This document shows positions 44,701-57,861 of a stretch of 64,000 nt of DNA, piece after piece (the stretch's first letter is position 1; the number at the start of each line of letters is the position of its first letter). Where the stretch lies: assembly GCA_039194325.1 (NCBI GenBank), contig JBCCWC010000001.1, forward strand, positions 1-64,000. Reading direction: 5' to 3'. The stretch is from Myxococcota bacterium. GTDB lineage: Bacteria > Myxococcota_A > Polyangia > Nannocystales > Nannocystaceae. Position numbers and translations under genes: made by a program. The notes beneath the pieces were generated by a model, which saw nothing but the letters and a program-made list of their open reading frames with translations, did no database searches and had not been told where the DNA came from.

Positions 44701-45462
44701 CACATGGTGCACTACCACCTGGGCGACTTCGAGGCCCTCGAGACCGCGATGAACGAGGCGCTGGAGGACGCAGCCGAGCGCGACGATCTCCACACCGCGT
44801 TGATGCTCCGCGTGGCCTTCGGCCCCATGCCGGCGCTCGCCGCCGGCGATCTCTCTCACGCACGCGCGGTGCTGGCCGAGTGCGAGGCCGACTGGCCCTC
44901 GCAGCTCAAGACCAGCACCTATAGCTACGTGCTCGTGCTGACCCAGAGCCGGATCGAACGCTACGCCCGACGTCCAGCGGCCGCCTGGCAAGCCTTCGAA
45001 GAGCACTGGCCCACCATCATCCGCTCGCTGCTGCTGACCAAGCAGCCCTTCCGCACCTTCTTGCTGCACGACCGGGCCTGCACCGCCCTGTGGCTGGCCC
45101 AGCAGTCGGGCCCGCTGCGACGGCTGGCGCTAATCCGCCAGGCCAACGCCAACGCCAAGACCTTGCTCGAGCAGGGCACACGCTGGGCGACCGCGGTCGG
45201 CCTGTCGGTCGCCGCAATGGTGAGCCAAGCCCGCGGTGAGCGAGAGCGGGCCCTCGAGCAAGCCCTACGAGCCGAACGTGGCCTACAAGAGCTGGGCATG
45301 CGGATCTACGCGGCGTGCATGAAGAAGCGCCGCGGCGAGATCATGGGGGGCAGCGCGGGCACCTCGCTCATCGAACACGCCGAGGGCGAGCTACGAAGAG
45401 CCGGGCTCGTCGCGCTCGATCCGATGACCGACATGCTGATGCCCCCCGCGCGGGGATGGTAG
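41764..45462 (+). CDS. Ser/Thr kinase fused to an AAA_16/STAND-like ATPase and helical repeats
   Basis: HRDLKPSN, DFG, GTPAYMSPE; Walker A GRSGMGKT, Walker B LMLDDLQW, GSPLF. Confidence 0.94.
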   Translation: MASDSPGSTDSTLIAEDIDLVKPRDPRLGDRVANRFTLVAMLGAGAHGVVYEAEDESSGRPVALKMLSRLDPDELYRFKREFRVLADVSDENLVHLHELFVDEAGAFFTMELIRGTDFLSYTRGNGAGQLDEARLRDALRQLCQGLEALHGFGRLHRDLKPSNVLVNEEGHVSVADFGLAEELRVAAIERALVGTPAYMSPEQAAGMELTPASDWYSVGVMLYEALTGRLPFAGSFGTQMLLAKQGPEPPPPSSMVDDLPGDLDALCCALLRREPDERPDGPQILGQLGRPATAAWSRPNISSVTGRDTELTSLHEGFVHTCTGEPGQAAALLLHGRSGMGKTTVLDAFVDELGEAALVLRGRCYERESLPYKGLDAMVDELRGHLNRDRAGLAPVAGATSLAQLFPVLGDVKGIGDVRHELPEDPVERRRQAVAALSEVLTQLIQRRPLVLMLDDLQWCDADTVAILVALLRPRSRPGLLLVGSYRDEDLGRASPLVGLKAELERLSGEFRYETIAVEALPPPAARELALQLLGERDDAEAMANAIASEAEGSPLFITELARSISAGRSLAEDRALTLDDVIRDRATELPTGARALLEMCVLVAGPIHQALLAEAAEVEDATEMLALLRSRSFVRTGGPRPEDPVEPFHDRIRTAMAGGLDAERRRKGHARLAEVLGRAHVDPETVADHLLGAGQPQRAGEYVARAAGAAADALAFERAARLYALALELVPGLWASQPRWRQARAEALAHAGRSAESAAAYREACRYAPPEQVVPLRRNAAEQFLRSGRIDEGTRELLEVFEALGVWHPPDPRLALAGFLWERARIRLRGTEFKERPESEVDPHRLLRIDTIWTAATGLQQSNVIVGQYFQAQHLLLALEAGEPHRVARALGVEAIYAATSGTEGAAQVDELVERVLGLARRLNDPRAQAMAHLAAGTADLYRGRFVSARPHLLQAEDLMRSQCTNVAWELSMTHTFLHMVHYHLGDFEALETAMNEALEDAAERDDLHTALMLRVAFGPMPALAAGDLSHARAVLAECEADWPSQLKTSTYSYVLVLTQSRIERYARRPAAAWQAFEEHWPTIIRSLLLTKQPFRTFLLHDRACTALWLAQQSGPLRRLALIRQANANAKTLLEQGTRWATAVGLSVAAMVSQARGERERALEQALRAERGLQELGMRIYAACMKKRRGEIMGGSAGTSLIEHAEGELRRAGLVALDPMTDMLMPPARGW

Positions 45463-45744
45463 CCAGACGAGCTCTCGTAGCTCCCAGCCCCCAGCCCCGC
45501 GCCCTCAGCCACCCGCCCAGGACCGCGGCCCGTCGCGCTCGGGCGCGCGAACGGCTATCGACGCGATGACCGTGGACGACACACCTCGGGTTCCGCCCCC
45601 TTCGTAAGCCTGCCCACCGCCGCCACATCGGGTAAGACCCGATAAATTCTGGTCAATATTCTCGGGACAAGGGAGGCCCCGATCTGCACATGGGTCATGA
45701 ACGGGGCGCTCGCCCTAGCAACGTCAACGACCAGAGCAATCGCC

Positions 45745-47763
<2,019 letters not shown>

Positions 47764-47795
47764 TCGAAACCCGAGACCAGCAAGGAACCGAAGCG

Positions 47796-49112
47796 ATGGA
47801 TACGACGCGACGTAATATGCTCAAGACTGCGCTGCTGGGCTCAGGCTTCATCGGCCTACGCTCGATGGCCACCGGGATTCCCGCGGCCGTCCTGCTCTCG
47901 GGGAAGATCCCCGAGGCCCACGCCGAGGACTTCAGCTCCGAGCCGCAGTCCCTCATCCTGTTCACCTCCCAGCGCGGCGACCCCTTCAACGCCAACGTCC
48001 CCGGCTGCTACACCGGGGTCGACGGGGTCCACAACAACCCGCACCCACAGATGGCCCCCACCGACCTGATGCTCGGTGACTACAGCACCCGGGCCGCCCG
48101 GCCCTGGTCCGAGGCCCCGCAGGCGGTGCTCGACCGCACCACCTTCATCCACCACCGTACCTACCTCAACACCCACCCCGGCTACACCAAGGTCCTGGGC
48201 CTGGTGGGCTCGGCCAAGGCTCCGGGCGGTAATGGCTCGGACATGGTGGCCTCGGTGTACTCCTCCGAGCTCGCCGAGGCGCTGGGCACGATCCAGCAGG
48301 AGCCGATCTCCTTGACGACGCGGAGCGAGCTGTCGTTCCAGGGCCGCGCTCTGCAGTCGCTGCGCCCCAGCATGCTCCGCCAGATCTTCGCCCCGCGCGC
48401 CGATCTACAGCTACAGCTCCAGCAGCTGCGTGACCAGACCCTCGACGACCTGCACGAGCAACTCCGGGACGGAGGCACCCACGCCCAGAAGGTCTGGCTC
48501 GACCGCCATGCGCTATCCCGCGATCAGGTACGCTCCATCGACGAGAGCCTGCTCGAGCGCTTCACCACTCTCGACAACGACAGCGCCGACAATCAGATCC
48601 GCGCCGCGATCACCCTGATCCTGATGAAGGTCTCCCCGGTGATCGCCATCGAGATCCCCTTCGGGGGCGACAACCACGGCGACAACGACCTGAGCCAGGA
48701 GCGCGACGAGACGGTCTCGGGCGTGGCCAGCTGGCGCCTGATCTTCGAGGAGCTGACGGCGGCCGGCCTCCAAGACCAGGTCACCGTGGCCAACCTCAAC
48801 GTCTTTGGCCGCACGCTGCGAAACCAGGGCAACAACAAGGGCCGCGACCACAACCTCAACCACCACGTGATGTCGATCACCGGCAAGCACATCCGGGGCA
48901 GCGTGGCGGGCGGTATCGAGCCTTCGGGCAACGACTACGGAGCGACCAGCATCGACTCGGTCACCGGCGCGTCGGGCGGGGACATCCCCGTCGAAGAGAC
49001 CCTCGAAGCGGCCGCGCACACGCTGGGCCGAGCGCTGGGGATCGCCCAGGACCGACTCGACGAGCGGATCGCCAACGGGACCCCGATCCTGTCGTCGCTC
49101 GCCGGCGCCTAA
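47796..49112 (+). CDS. Tat-exported DUF1552/DUF1501-like protein
   Basis: TRRNMLK Tat motif, GGDNH, NVFGRT, GRDHN; AAGGA RBS. Confidence 0.8.
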   Translation: MDTTRRNMLKTALLGSGFIGLRSMATGIPAAVLLSGKIPEAHAEDFSSEPQSLILFTSQRGDPFNANVPGCYTGVDGVHNNPHPQMAPTDLMLGDYSTRAARPWSEAPQAVLDRTTFIHHRTYLNTHPGYTKVLGLVGSAKAPGGNGSDMVASVYSSELAEALGTIQQEPISLTTRSELSFQGRALQSLRPSMLRQIFAPRADLQLQLQQLRDQTLDDLHEQLRDGGTHAQKVWLDRHALSRDQVRSIDESLLERFTTLDNDSADNQIRAAITLILMKVSPVIAIEIPFGGDNHGDNDLSQERDETVSGVASWRLIFEELTAAGLQDQVTVANLNVFGRTLRNQGNNKGRDHNLNHHVMSITGKHIRGSVAGGIEPSGNDYGATSIDSVTGASGGDIPVEETLEAAAHTLGRALGIAQDRLDERIANGTPILSSLAGA

Positions 49113-49151
49113 CTCCGGGGTCGAGCGCCAGATCCAAAGAACGCTCTGATT

Positions 49152-49217
49152 CAGGGCTCGCGCGAGCCCTGGGCGAGTATTGGGATGCATGTAGGGGGCT
49201 TTGATAAAGCCCCCTAC
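49152..49217. repeat. Perfect 20-bp palindrome plus GTAG-led 12-bp hairpin (REP-like or terminator)
   Basis: CAGGGCTCGCGCGAGCCCTG (49152-49171) and GTAGGGGGCTTT-GAT-AAAGCCCCCTAC (49191-49217). Confidence 0.75.
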
Positions 49218-49501
49218 CCGTGCTTGTGGCCCCATGGTCCATGACTGGGGCGCGCAGTGAACGCTGCACCCGAGGCAAGCGGATGTGACGCCACTTCGGC
49301 AAGCGTGGGCGATCTCACGAAACAAGCGATTTGCACGCTAATTCGGCCGATCGGGTCGGGGAACCGACGTGCTGCTCTGTTTCATTCGAGGACACAAATT
49401 TGAAGTATGTCCAAGTTACGTCCATATACGTATGGGTGCCCAAACAGGGTGTAAGTGAAGCCCTGACCACAATTGGGCCCGATCTTCAGGTGTTGAGAGT
49501 C

Positions 49502-49744
49502 ATGAGCGAGCCAACCGAAGGTAAGGGTTTACCCGAGTGTGGAGACCAGATCCGCGAGCAGCTCGACCGACTCCACAACGAGATCGCGCAGCTCATCGAA
49601 GAGGAAGAACGAACCCTCGATGAGGCTCGCAAGGCCCAGCTACGCTGGACGGAAGAGACGCAGGAGCAGGCCCCAGCTCGCGATCTGTTCGGCGAAGCCG
49701 ACATGCTCCTCGACCGGCTCGACACCCTGCTACTGGCGGGCTGA
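49502..49744 (+). CDS. Small acidic coiled-coil hypothetical protein (80 aa)
   Basis: MSEPTEG start with heptad-like QIREQLDRLHNEIAQLIEEEE; plausible codon usage. Confidence 0.6.
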   Translation: MSEPTEGKGLPECGDQIREQLDRLHNEIAQLIEEEERTLDEARKAQLRWTEETQEQAPARDLFGEADMLLDRLDTLLLAG

Positions 49745-49914
49745 GCGGTCGCTGTAGACCAAAGTTCGCGCCTGCGGAGTAACCGCAGGCGCGAATGCAA
49801 TTGATGCCTATCGAATATGGGCATCGAGACGGATCCCCATCGACGCCAAGCAACGCGCGAAGGAAGCGACCGGGTATCCTCCCCCGGCCCTTCCCGGGCA
49901 CGGATCCGCCGCCC

Positions 49915-51948
49915 ATGAACGCCGCACAGATCGAGGCGCGCCTGCACGACCTCAGCCGTGACGAGCTGGTCGAGTTGGTGACGCAGGCCAACGCCGAGTA
50001 CTGGGACGACCACACGCCGACCCTGCCCGACCCCCTCTACGACCGCTTGGTCGAGCGCCTGCGCCAGCTCGACCCCGACGCGCCGATCCTGTCGAGCATG
50101 GGGCCCAGCCAGCCCTCGGGCCCCACCATGGACGCCGACGAGGCGGCGCGCCTGCCCCCGCGTGAGCGCTTTGGGACCGCGGTGCGTCACGCCCGGCCGA
50201 TGCTCTCGCTAGACAAGGCCTACTCGGCGCAGGAGGTCCACAGCTGGGCGGCCAAGTTCGAGGGCGACATGATCGTCATGCCCAAGCTCGACGGGATCGC
50301 GTGCAGCATCCGCTACGACGACAAGGGCGCGCTGACGCTGGCGGCCACCCGCGGATCGGGCACCGAGGGCGAGGACATCACCGCCAACGTCCTGGAGATC
50401 AAAGAGATCCCCGCCCAGCTGCCCGCCGGGCACGGCCCGGTGGAGGTGCGCGGCGAGATCCACATGAAGCTGTCGGTCTTCGAGCGCTTCAAAGAGGATT
50501 TCTCCAACCCGCGCAACCTGACCGCGGGGGCGATCCGCAACAAGGATCCCGCCAAGAGCCGGGCGTTCGGGCTGAGCTTCGGGGCCTACGACCTGCTCGA
50601 GCAGGGGCTGACCTGCGAGCGCGACAAGGTCGCGCGGATGGGCGAGCTGGGCCTGCCCGCCTGCGATCACCTCTTTGTCGATCGCGAGGGGATCGCCGAG
50701 GCCTTCGAGCGTTTCTCGACCATGCGGCCCGACCTCGACTACGAGATCGACGGCGTGGTCTACCGGGCCGACCGGGTCGACGAGCAAGAGCGGCTGGGCG
50801 CCACCGCCCACCACCCGCGCTTCGCGATCGCCTTCAAGTTCCAGGGAGACACCGGGGAGACCACGCTGCTCGACGTGGACTGGGGGGTGTCGCGAACGGG
50901 CACGATCACCCCCATGGCGATCCTCCAGCCCATCGAGCTCTCCGGGGCGATGATCTCGCGGGCCGGCCTCCACAACATCACCCAGTTCCGCGCCCTGGAT
51001 CTGACCCAAGGCGCCCGCGTCGAGGTCACCCGCCGCGGCGGCGTGATCCCCCACGTGGAGCGCGTGGTGAAGGCGGGGCCCGGCAAGAAGGCCTTTGAGA
51101 TCCCGACGCAATGTCCCGCGTGCAGCTGCCCGGCCAAGACCCGGCAAAAGCGCGACGGGGAATTCCTCCAGTGCGCGCGGCCCGAACAGTGCACCGTGGC
51201 CCAGCTCCGCGAGCTGGAGCACTTCGCCAAGGTGGTCGACATCCAGGGCTTCGGCCCCAAGATCGTGACCGCGGTGGTCGATGCCGGGTACCTGGTCAGC
51301 CCGGCCGACTACTACCGCCTTCAGCTCGGCGACCTGGTCAAGCTGGAGCGGCTCGCCGAAAAGAGCGCCCAGAACCTGCTGGACCAGGTGGCCGCGCACC
51401 GTACGATCCCGCTGCCCGTGTTCCTCGAGTCGCTGGGGATCGATCACCTCGGGCCACAGAACGCCAAGCTGCTGGCGAACAACTTCACCAGCCTGGAGAA
51501 GATCCGCGCGCTGGACCAGCCGACCCTGTGCGAGGTCAAGGGCATCAAGGAGGCGATCGCCGACGCAATCATCGACGGCCTGGCCGCGCGCACGGCCATG
51601 ATCGACGAGCTGCTCAAGGAGGTCACGGTCCCCGACCAGGAAGCGGAGCCGGCCCCCGCCGAAGGCGACACCCCCGGGCCACTGGCCGGCAAGAGCTTCG
51701 TGTTCACCGGCACCCTGGAGGGCTTCGACCGCAAGAGCGCCCAGCAGCGGGTGCAGGGCCTGGGCGGCGAGACCCCCTCTGGAGTCAGCCGCGGCCTGAG
51801 CGTGCTGGTGGTGGGCGCGGGCAAGACCTCGAGCAAGAGCAGCAAGCAAAAGAAGGCCGAGAAGCTCAACGGGGAAGGCGCTACCATCGAGATCCTCAGC
51901 GAGCAGCAGTTCGTGGCGATGATGGAGGCGGCCGAGGACGCGGGCTGA
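49915..51948 (+). CDS. ligA: NAD-dependent DNA ligase
   Basis: MLSLDK, PKLDG, EVRGE, NPRN, IDGVV, SRTG, Cys4 Zn finger, HhH motifs, BRCT (FVFTGTL). Confidence 0.97.
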   Translation: MNAAQIEARLHDLSRDELVELVTQANAEYWDDHTPTLPDPLYDRLVERLRQLDPDAPILSSMGPSQPSGPTMDADEAARLPPRERFGTAVRHARPMLSLDKAYSAQEVHSWAAKFEGDMIVMPKLDGIACSIRYDDKGALTLAATRGSGTEGEDITANVLEIKEIPAQLPAGHGPVEVRGEIHMKLSVFERFKEDFSNPRNLTAGAIRNKDPAKSRAFGLSFGAYDLLEQGLTCERDKVARMGELGLPACDHLFVDREGIAEAFERFSTMRPDLDYEIDGVVYRADRVDEQERLGATAHHPRFAIAFKFQGDTGETTLLDVDWGVSRTGTITPMAILQPIELSGAMISRAGLHNITQFRALDLTQGARVEVTRRGGVIPHVERVVKAGPGKKAFEIPTQCPACSCPAKTRQKRDGEFLQCARPEQCTVAQLRELEHFAKVVDIQGFGPKIVTAVVDAGYLVSPADYYRLQLGDLVKLERLAEKSAQNLLDQVAAHRTIPLPVFLESLGIDHLGPQNAKLLANNFTSLEKIRALDQPTLCEVKGIKEAIADAIIDGLAARTAMIDELLKEVTVPDQEAEPAPAEGDTPGPLAGKSFVFTGTLEGFDRKSAQQRVQGLGGETPSGVSRGLSVLVVGAGKTSSKSSKQKKAEKLNGEGATIEILSEQQFVAMMEAAEDAG

Positions 51949-51997
51949 ACGACGCGGGCTGAGGACGTAAACGGCCGAAAGAAAGACAGATCCGCAC

Positions 51998-52693
51998 GTG
52001 AACGAAGCACCCGACAAGCTCACCAAGGTAGTGGAGGCTCGCATGAAGCTGCGGGCCCGCTTCGAGGCCAAGATGGCCGCGACCCCCGGCATGAGCGACG
52101 AGCGCCCCATGGGCGAGGGAGCGCCCAATCGCCACGGCATGCCCAAGATCCCGCCCGGGCAGTATGTGACCAACAAGTGGCCCGTGCTCGATCTGGGCGG
52201 CAAGCCGGTCGTGCCCGAAAAGACTTGGCGGCTGGAGATCGACGGTGAGGTGGCCGCCCCGCTGTCGCTGGGCTGGGAGGATCTGATGGCCCTGCCCCAG
52301 GTGACCGAGGCCAGCGATTTCCACTGTGTGACCACGTGGTCGAAGATGGACATGACGTGGACCGGCGTGAGGCTCGGCGAGGTGCTGGCGCGGGCCCGGC
52401 CCACCGACGCGGCCGGCTTCGTGTTCTTCCACGCCTACGACGGCTACACGACCAACCTCCCGCTGGAGGAGGCGCTCAAGGACGACGTGCTGCTGGGGCA
52501 CACGGTAGAAGGCAAGCCCCTGGTGATGGAGCATGGTGGGCCGGTCCGGGTGATCACTCCACAGCTCTACGCATGGAAGGGCGCCAAGTGGATCAAGCGG
52601 ATCGAGGTCCTGCGCGAGGATCGCCTGGGCTTTTGGGAGCAACACGGGTACTCCAACTCGGCGCACCCGTGGCGCAACGATCGCTACTGCTGA
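51998..52693 (+). CDS. Sulfite-oxidase-like molybdopterin-binding oxidoreductase
   Basis: PPGQ, DFHCVTTWS, YTTNLPL, EHGGPVR, YAWKGAKW, GFWE..GY. Confidence 0.93.
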   Translation: MNEAPDKLTKVVEARMKLRARFEAKMAATPGMSDERPMGEGAPNRHGMPKIPPGQYVTNKWPVLDLGGKPVVPEKTWRLEIDGEVAAPLSLGWEDLMALPQVTEASDFHCVTTWSKMDMTWTGVRLGEVLARARPTDAAGFVFFHAYDGYTTNLPLEEALKDDVLLGHTVEGKPLVMEHGGPVRVITPQLYAWKGAKWIKRIEVLREDRLGFWEQHGYSNSAHPWRNDRYC

Positions 52694-52724
52694 GCTGACC
52701 CGGCGGCGGTCGGATCTTGGGATC

Positions 52725-52935
52725 TCACGGTGGGCCGGCGAGCCCGTCGGCTCTGGTAGAACCCGGATCAGCTTCCGCCTCCGGGCCGAGCTGAAGCCCG
52801 TGGCCAACTTCTTCATGGGCTGGATGATGAAGCGCCAGATGGGCAAGCTGTGCGACGAGGTCTGCGAAGACCTGCGTATGTACATCGAGACCGGCCGCCC
52901 CTCGAACTCCAAGCAGGCCGCCATAGCCCAGCGGC
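52725..52935 (+). pseudogene. 3' remnant of an SRPBCC/polyketide-cyclase-like gene
   Basis: Frame reads W..EP....RTRISFRLRAELKPVANFFMGWMMKRQMGKL..E..EDL..YIETG; there is no room for the 5' half after the upstream stop at 52693. Confidence 0.55.
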
Positions 52936-52955
52936 CGCCTGAACGGTGGCGGACC

Positions 52956-55844
52956 TCAGCTGCCCGCCGGCTCGCCCCCGGGCACGCTGATGTCCGCCGC
53001 GAACAGCCGCGGCTCGTCGATCCGGGCCGCGATCGCGTCTGCGGTGCGATCGCGTAGCCGCACGATGTCTGCGATCTCCTGCCCCTGCGGCTGGATCGGC
53101 TCGAGCACCTCCACCTCGATCCGCTGGCGCCGGGGCAGCCAGGTCCCGTCCCGCATCGCCCTACGCGAGCCTCGGATCGCGACCGGTACGATCGGCGCGC
53201 CCGTCTGGCACGCGAGCCGAAACGCCCCAAGCTTGAACGAGCGCATGCCCACCTCGGGCGAGAACGTGCCCTCGGGGAACACCATCACGCGCTGGTCGGC
53301 CGCGAGCAAGGACACCACCTCCTTCAGATCGGCCAGCGAGCGGGCGGCGGAGTGACGATCGATGAATACGTGCCCCATCCGCACCAGCGGCGAACCGAAC
53401 AATAGGTGGTTACGCAGCTCTCCCTTGATCACAAAGCGCACCCCGGCCGGGAGGGCCGCGGTACAGATCAAGAAGTCGAGATAGCCGCAGTGGTTGGCCA
53501 CCAAGATCGCAGCCCCCTTCGGGATCCGCGACAGCCCGGTCACGCGCGGCCGTAGGCCGGCAAAGGTCATCGCGGCCCGGGCCTCGGTCGTGCCCAGCCG
53601 CTGCGCCGGCCTCCCCGCGGGGCTCAGCCGCCCCAGGACCATGGCCAGCCCGCACCACGACGCCAGGGTCGAGGCCGCGTAGCCGCCGTAGATCGTGCGA
53701 CTCATCCGCCGCGCGACCTTGCCCACGCGCGCGGGCAGCCCCTGCACCAGCAGCCCCGCCGCCTGGCGGGTGGCCGAGCTTCGCGGCTCGTTGATCGTGT
53801 CCTCGAGGTACAGCCGGCGACTCTCCCGGCGCCGGATCTTCCCGCTGGAGGTCTTGGGCACGGCCCCCGGAATCGCCAGCACCACGCGGTCGGGCGGCAC
53901 GCCGACCCGGGTGGTGATCGTCTCGATCACCCGGGCCTCGAGGATCTCGCGGGCCAGCGGATCCTGCTCCCGGGTCTCGGCGATCACCACGATCTGCTCG
54001 GTACCCACCACGTCGTCCCTCACCGCGAACGCGGCCACGCACCCCTGGCGGATCCCCTCGACGGCCGCGGCCGCGGCCTCGATCTCGTGAGGATAGTAGT
54101 TGCGGCCGGCCTTGATGATGAGATCCTTGACGCGCCCGGTGATGAACAGCTCGCCCTCGGCCAGGTAGCCCAGATCTCCCGTGTCGACCCAGCCGTCGGC
54201 GCGCTGGACCTCGGCGGTGGCCTCCGGGCGTCGAAAGTAGCCCTTGAACGACGAGGGCCCCCGAAACTGGATCGTGCCCTGCTGCCGCTCGGGGACGGGC
54301 GACTCCTGCCCGTCGACCACCCGCACCTCGTGCCGAGCGACGGCGCTGCCCACCCCCACGAACTCGAGGTTGTCCGGCTGCTCGGTGGGCACAGCCCGCC
54401 CGTCGGTCTCGAAGGCGGCCCGCTCGATCCGCTCGATCCGAGGGGCCCGCAGCACCGGGGGAAAGGTCACCGCGACCATGTTCTCGGCCAAGCCATACGC
54501 GCAGAAGATCGCCTCACGGCGCAGGCCCGCGGGGCCAAAGCGCTCCACGAAGCGATCGATCGTCGAGGGCACTATTGGCTCCGAGCCGTTGAGGATCGAG
54601 CGCACCCGGCTCAGATCGAGGTGCTGGATCACCTCCTGGTCGATCCGCTTGACGCACAGATCGAAGGCGAAGTTGGGAGCGACCGAGCACGTGGCCTCGT
54701 ACTCGGTCAGCGCCAGCAGCCAGCGCTCGGGCCGGGTCAAGAAGGCCATCGGCGACATCAGCACTGTGGGCACCCCGTAGTAGAAGCACATCAGCCATCC
54801 GCCGATGAGGCCCATGTCGTGGTAGAGCGGCAGCCAGCTGACCACCACGTCTTTGGGCCCGAGCTCGCACCCCTCGCGGGCCGAGCGAATGTTGGCCATG
54901 ACATTGGCCTGGGTGAGCTCTACGCCCTTTGGATCGCCCGTGCTCCCCGAGGTGTACTGGACGAGCGCCGTGTCCGAGGGGGTCACCGACGCCCGGGTGG
55001 TGGTCCCGTCGTACGAGGCGTCCCGGGGTAGCAGCTGGTCGATCGACAGCACGTGCTCGATCGCCTCGACGCGATCCCGAGCGATGTCGGCCACCCGCGC
55101 GGCTCGGTCGAAGGTGATGAGCACCTGGGCCTGCGCGTTGTCGAGGATCTTCGCGCAGCGCAGGATGTACTCGCGGATCCGATCGAGCCGCACCGGCGGA
55201 TATAGGGGCACGGGCACCGCCCCTGCCAGCAGCGTCCCCATGAACGACGCGAAGTACCCCAGCCCCGTGGGCAGCATGATCGCCACGCTGCGCCCCGGCC
55301 CGACCCCGCGCTCGCGGAGCGCCCGCGCCACCACCATCGCTGCGCGATGCAGCGCCCCGTAGGTGATCGGCATGGTCGAGTCGTCGTCGTCGTGCAAGAC
55401 GATGTGTACCCGGTCGGGCTGGTGCCGCACGTGATACTCGAGCACCTCGACCAGAGTGGTCGCGTCCACCGGCTCGGGAGCGGGAGGCTCGGTCGGCAGC
55501 AGCTCGAGCCGGTCGCCGACGTGGGCGGCCGCCGGGGCGCGCACGCTCTGCCCTGCGCCGCGGCGTTGGGCTAGCAGCTGTGACAGCAGCTGCTGGGGGG
55601 TGTCGACGTTGGCGATCGCGTCTTCGGACAACCGCACGCCGAATGCATCACCTGCTCGCACGGCCAGCTCCACGCGCTCCAGGCTGCCCAGCCCCAGCTC
55701 ACGTTCGAACGAGACCTCGGGAGTCAGCGCCCCCAGACCTCGGCCGTCGCTCACGTCGACCACGACGCGACGCACCACATCGAGAACCTGCGCCATATCG
55801 CCCGAGACGCCTTGCGCCAATCGCGAGTTGGAAGGAGCCGACAT
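52956..55844 (-). CDS. ACP - fatty acyl-AMP ligase - PlsC-type acyltransferase fusion
   Basis: LGLGSLERVEL carrier motif; YTSGSTGDPKG, SWLPLYHDMGLIG, YGLAE, PKTSSGK; NHCGYLD and FPEGT. Confidence 0.92.
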   Translation of the reverse strand: MSAPSNSRLAQGVSGDMAQVLDVVRRVVVDVSDGRGLGALTPEVSFERELGLGSLERVELAVRAGDAFGVRLSEDAIANVDTPQQLLSQLLAQRRGAGQSVRAPAAAHVGDRLELLPTEPPAPEPVDATTLVEVLEYHVRHQPDRVHIVLHDDDDSTMPITYGALHRAAMVVARALRERGVGPGRSVAIMLPTGLGYFASFMGTLLAGAVPVPLYPPVRLDRIREYILRCAKILDNAQAQVLITFDRAARVADIARDRVEAIEHVLSIDQLLPRDASYDGTTTRASVTPSDTALVQYTSGSTGDPKGVELTQANVMANIRSAREGCELGPKDVVVSWLPLYHDMGLIGGWLMCFYYGVPTVLMSPMAFLTRPERWLLALTEYEATCSVAPNFAFDLCVKRIDQEVIQHLDLSRVRSILNGSEPIVPSTIDRFVERFGPAGLRREAIFCAYGLAENMVAVTFPPVLRAPRIERIERAAFETDGRAVPTEQPDNLEFVGVGSAVARHEVRVVDGQESPVPERQQGTIQFRGPSSFKGYFRRPEATAEVQRADGWVDTGDLGYLAEGELFITGRVKDLIIKAGRNYYPHEIEAAAAAVEGIRQGCVAAFAVRDDVVGTEQIVVIAETREQDPLAREILEARVIETITTRVGVPPDRVVLAIPGAVPKTSSGKIRRRESRRLYLEDTINEPRSSATRQAAGLLVQGLPARVGKVARRMSRTIYGGYAASTLASWCGLAMVLGRLSPAGRPAQRLGTTEARAAMTFAGLRPRVTGLSRIPKGAAILVANHCGYLDFLICTAALPAGVRFVIKGELRNHLLFGSPLVRMGHVFIDRHSAARSLADLKEVVSLLAADQRVMVFPEGTFSPEVGMRSFKLGAFRLACQTGAPIVPVAIRGSRRAMRDGTWLPRRQRIEVEVLEPIQPQGQEIADIVRLRDRTADAIAARIDEPRLFAADISVPGGEPAGS

Positions 55845-56169
55845 GCAGCGAAGACTACGCGAACGGGTCGATCTGCCCCAAGTCGCCCGCGAACCGCCAC
55901 CCAACGCCTCTGACCGGGCATTGGGCGCCTTTTTGTGTTGGTCGCCGCGTGCATCGCATCCGTGTGTCGGCAACGACACGACCCCTCGACGGGCGCCGAG
56001 TGTCCGCAGTTGAACCCCATGCGCTGGGCCTTGGACTGTCCTGAGGCTGGCGGTCTCTCACCGCAGCGTGCTCACCTGATCGAAAGGGCCTCGCCGGTCG
56101 TGCACACCGGCGGACCGCGACCCCCGTAGCGACGGTGGATCTCGTGTCTCAGGACCCACGATCCGACAT

Positions 56170-57825
<1,656 letters not shown>

Positions 57826-57861
57826 GGCCTACACCTCGCGACTCGTCAGCCCCTCAGGCCT

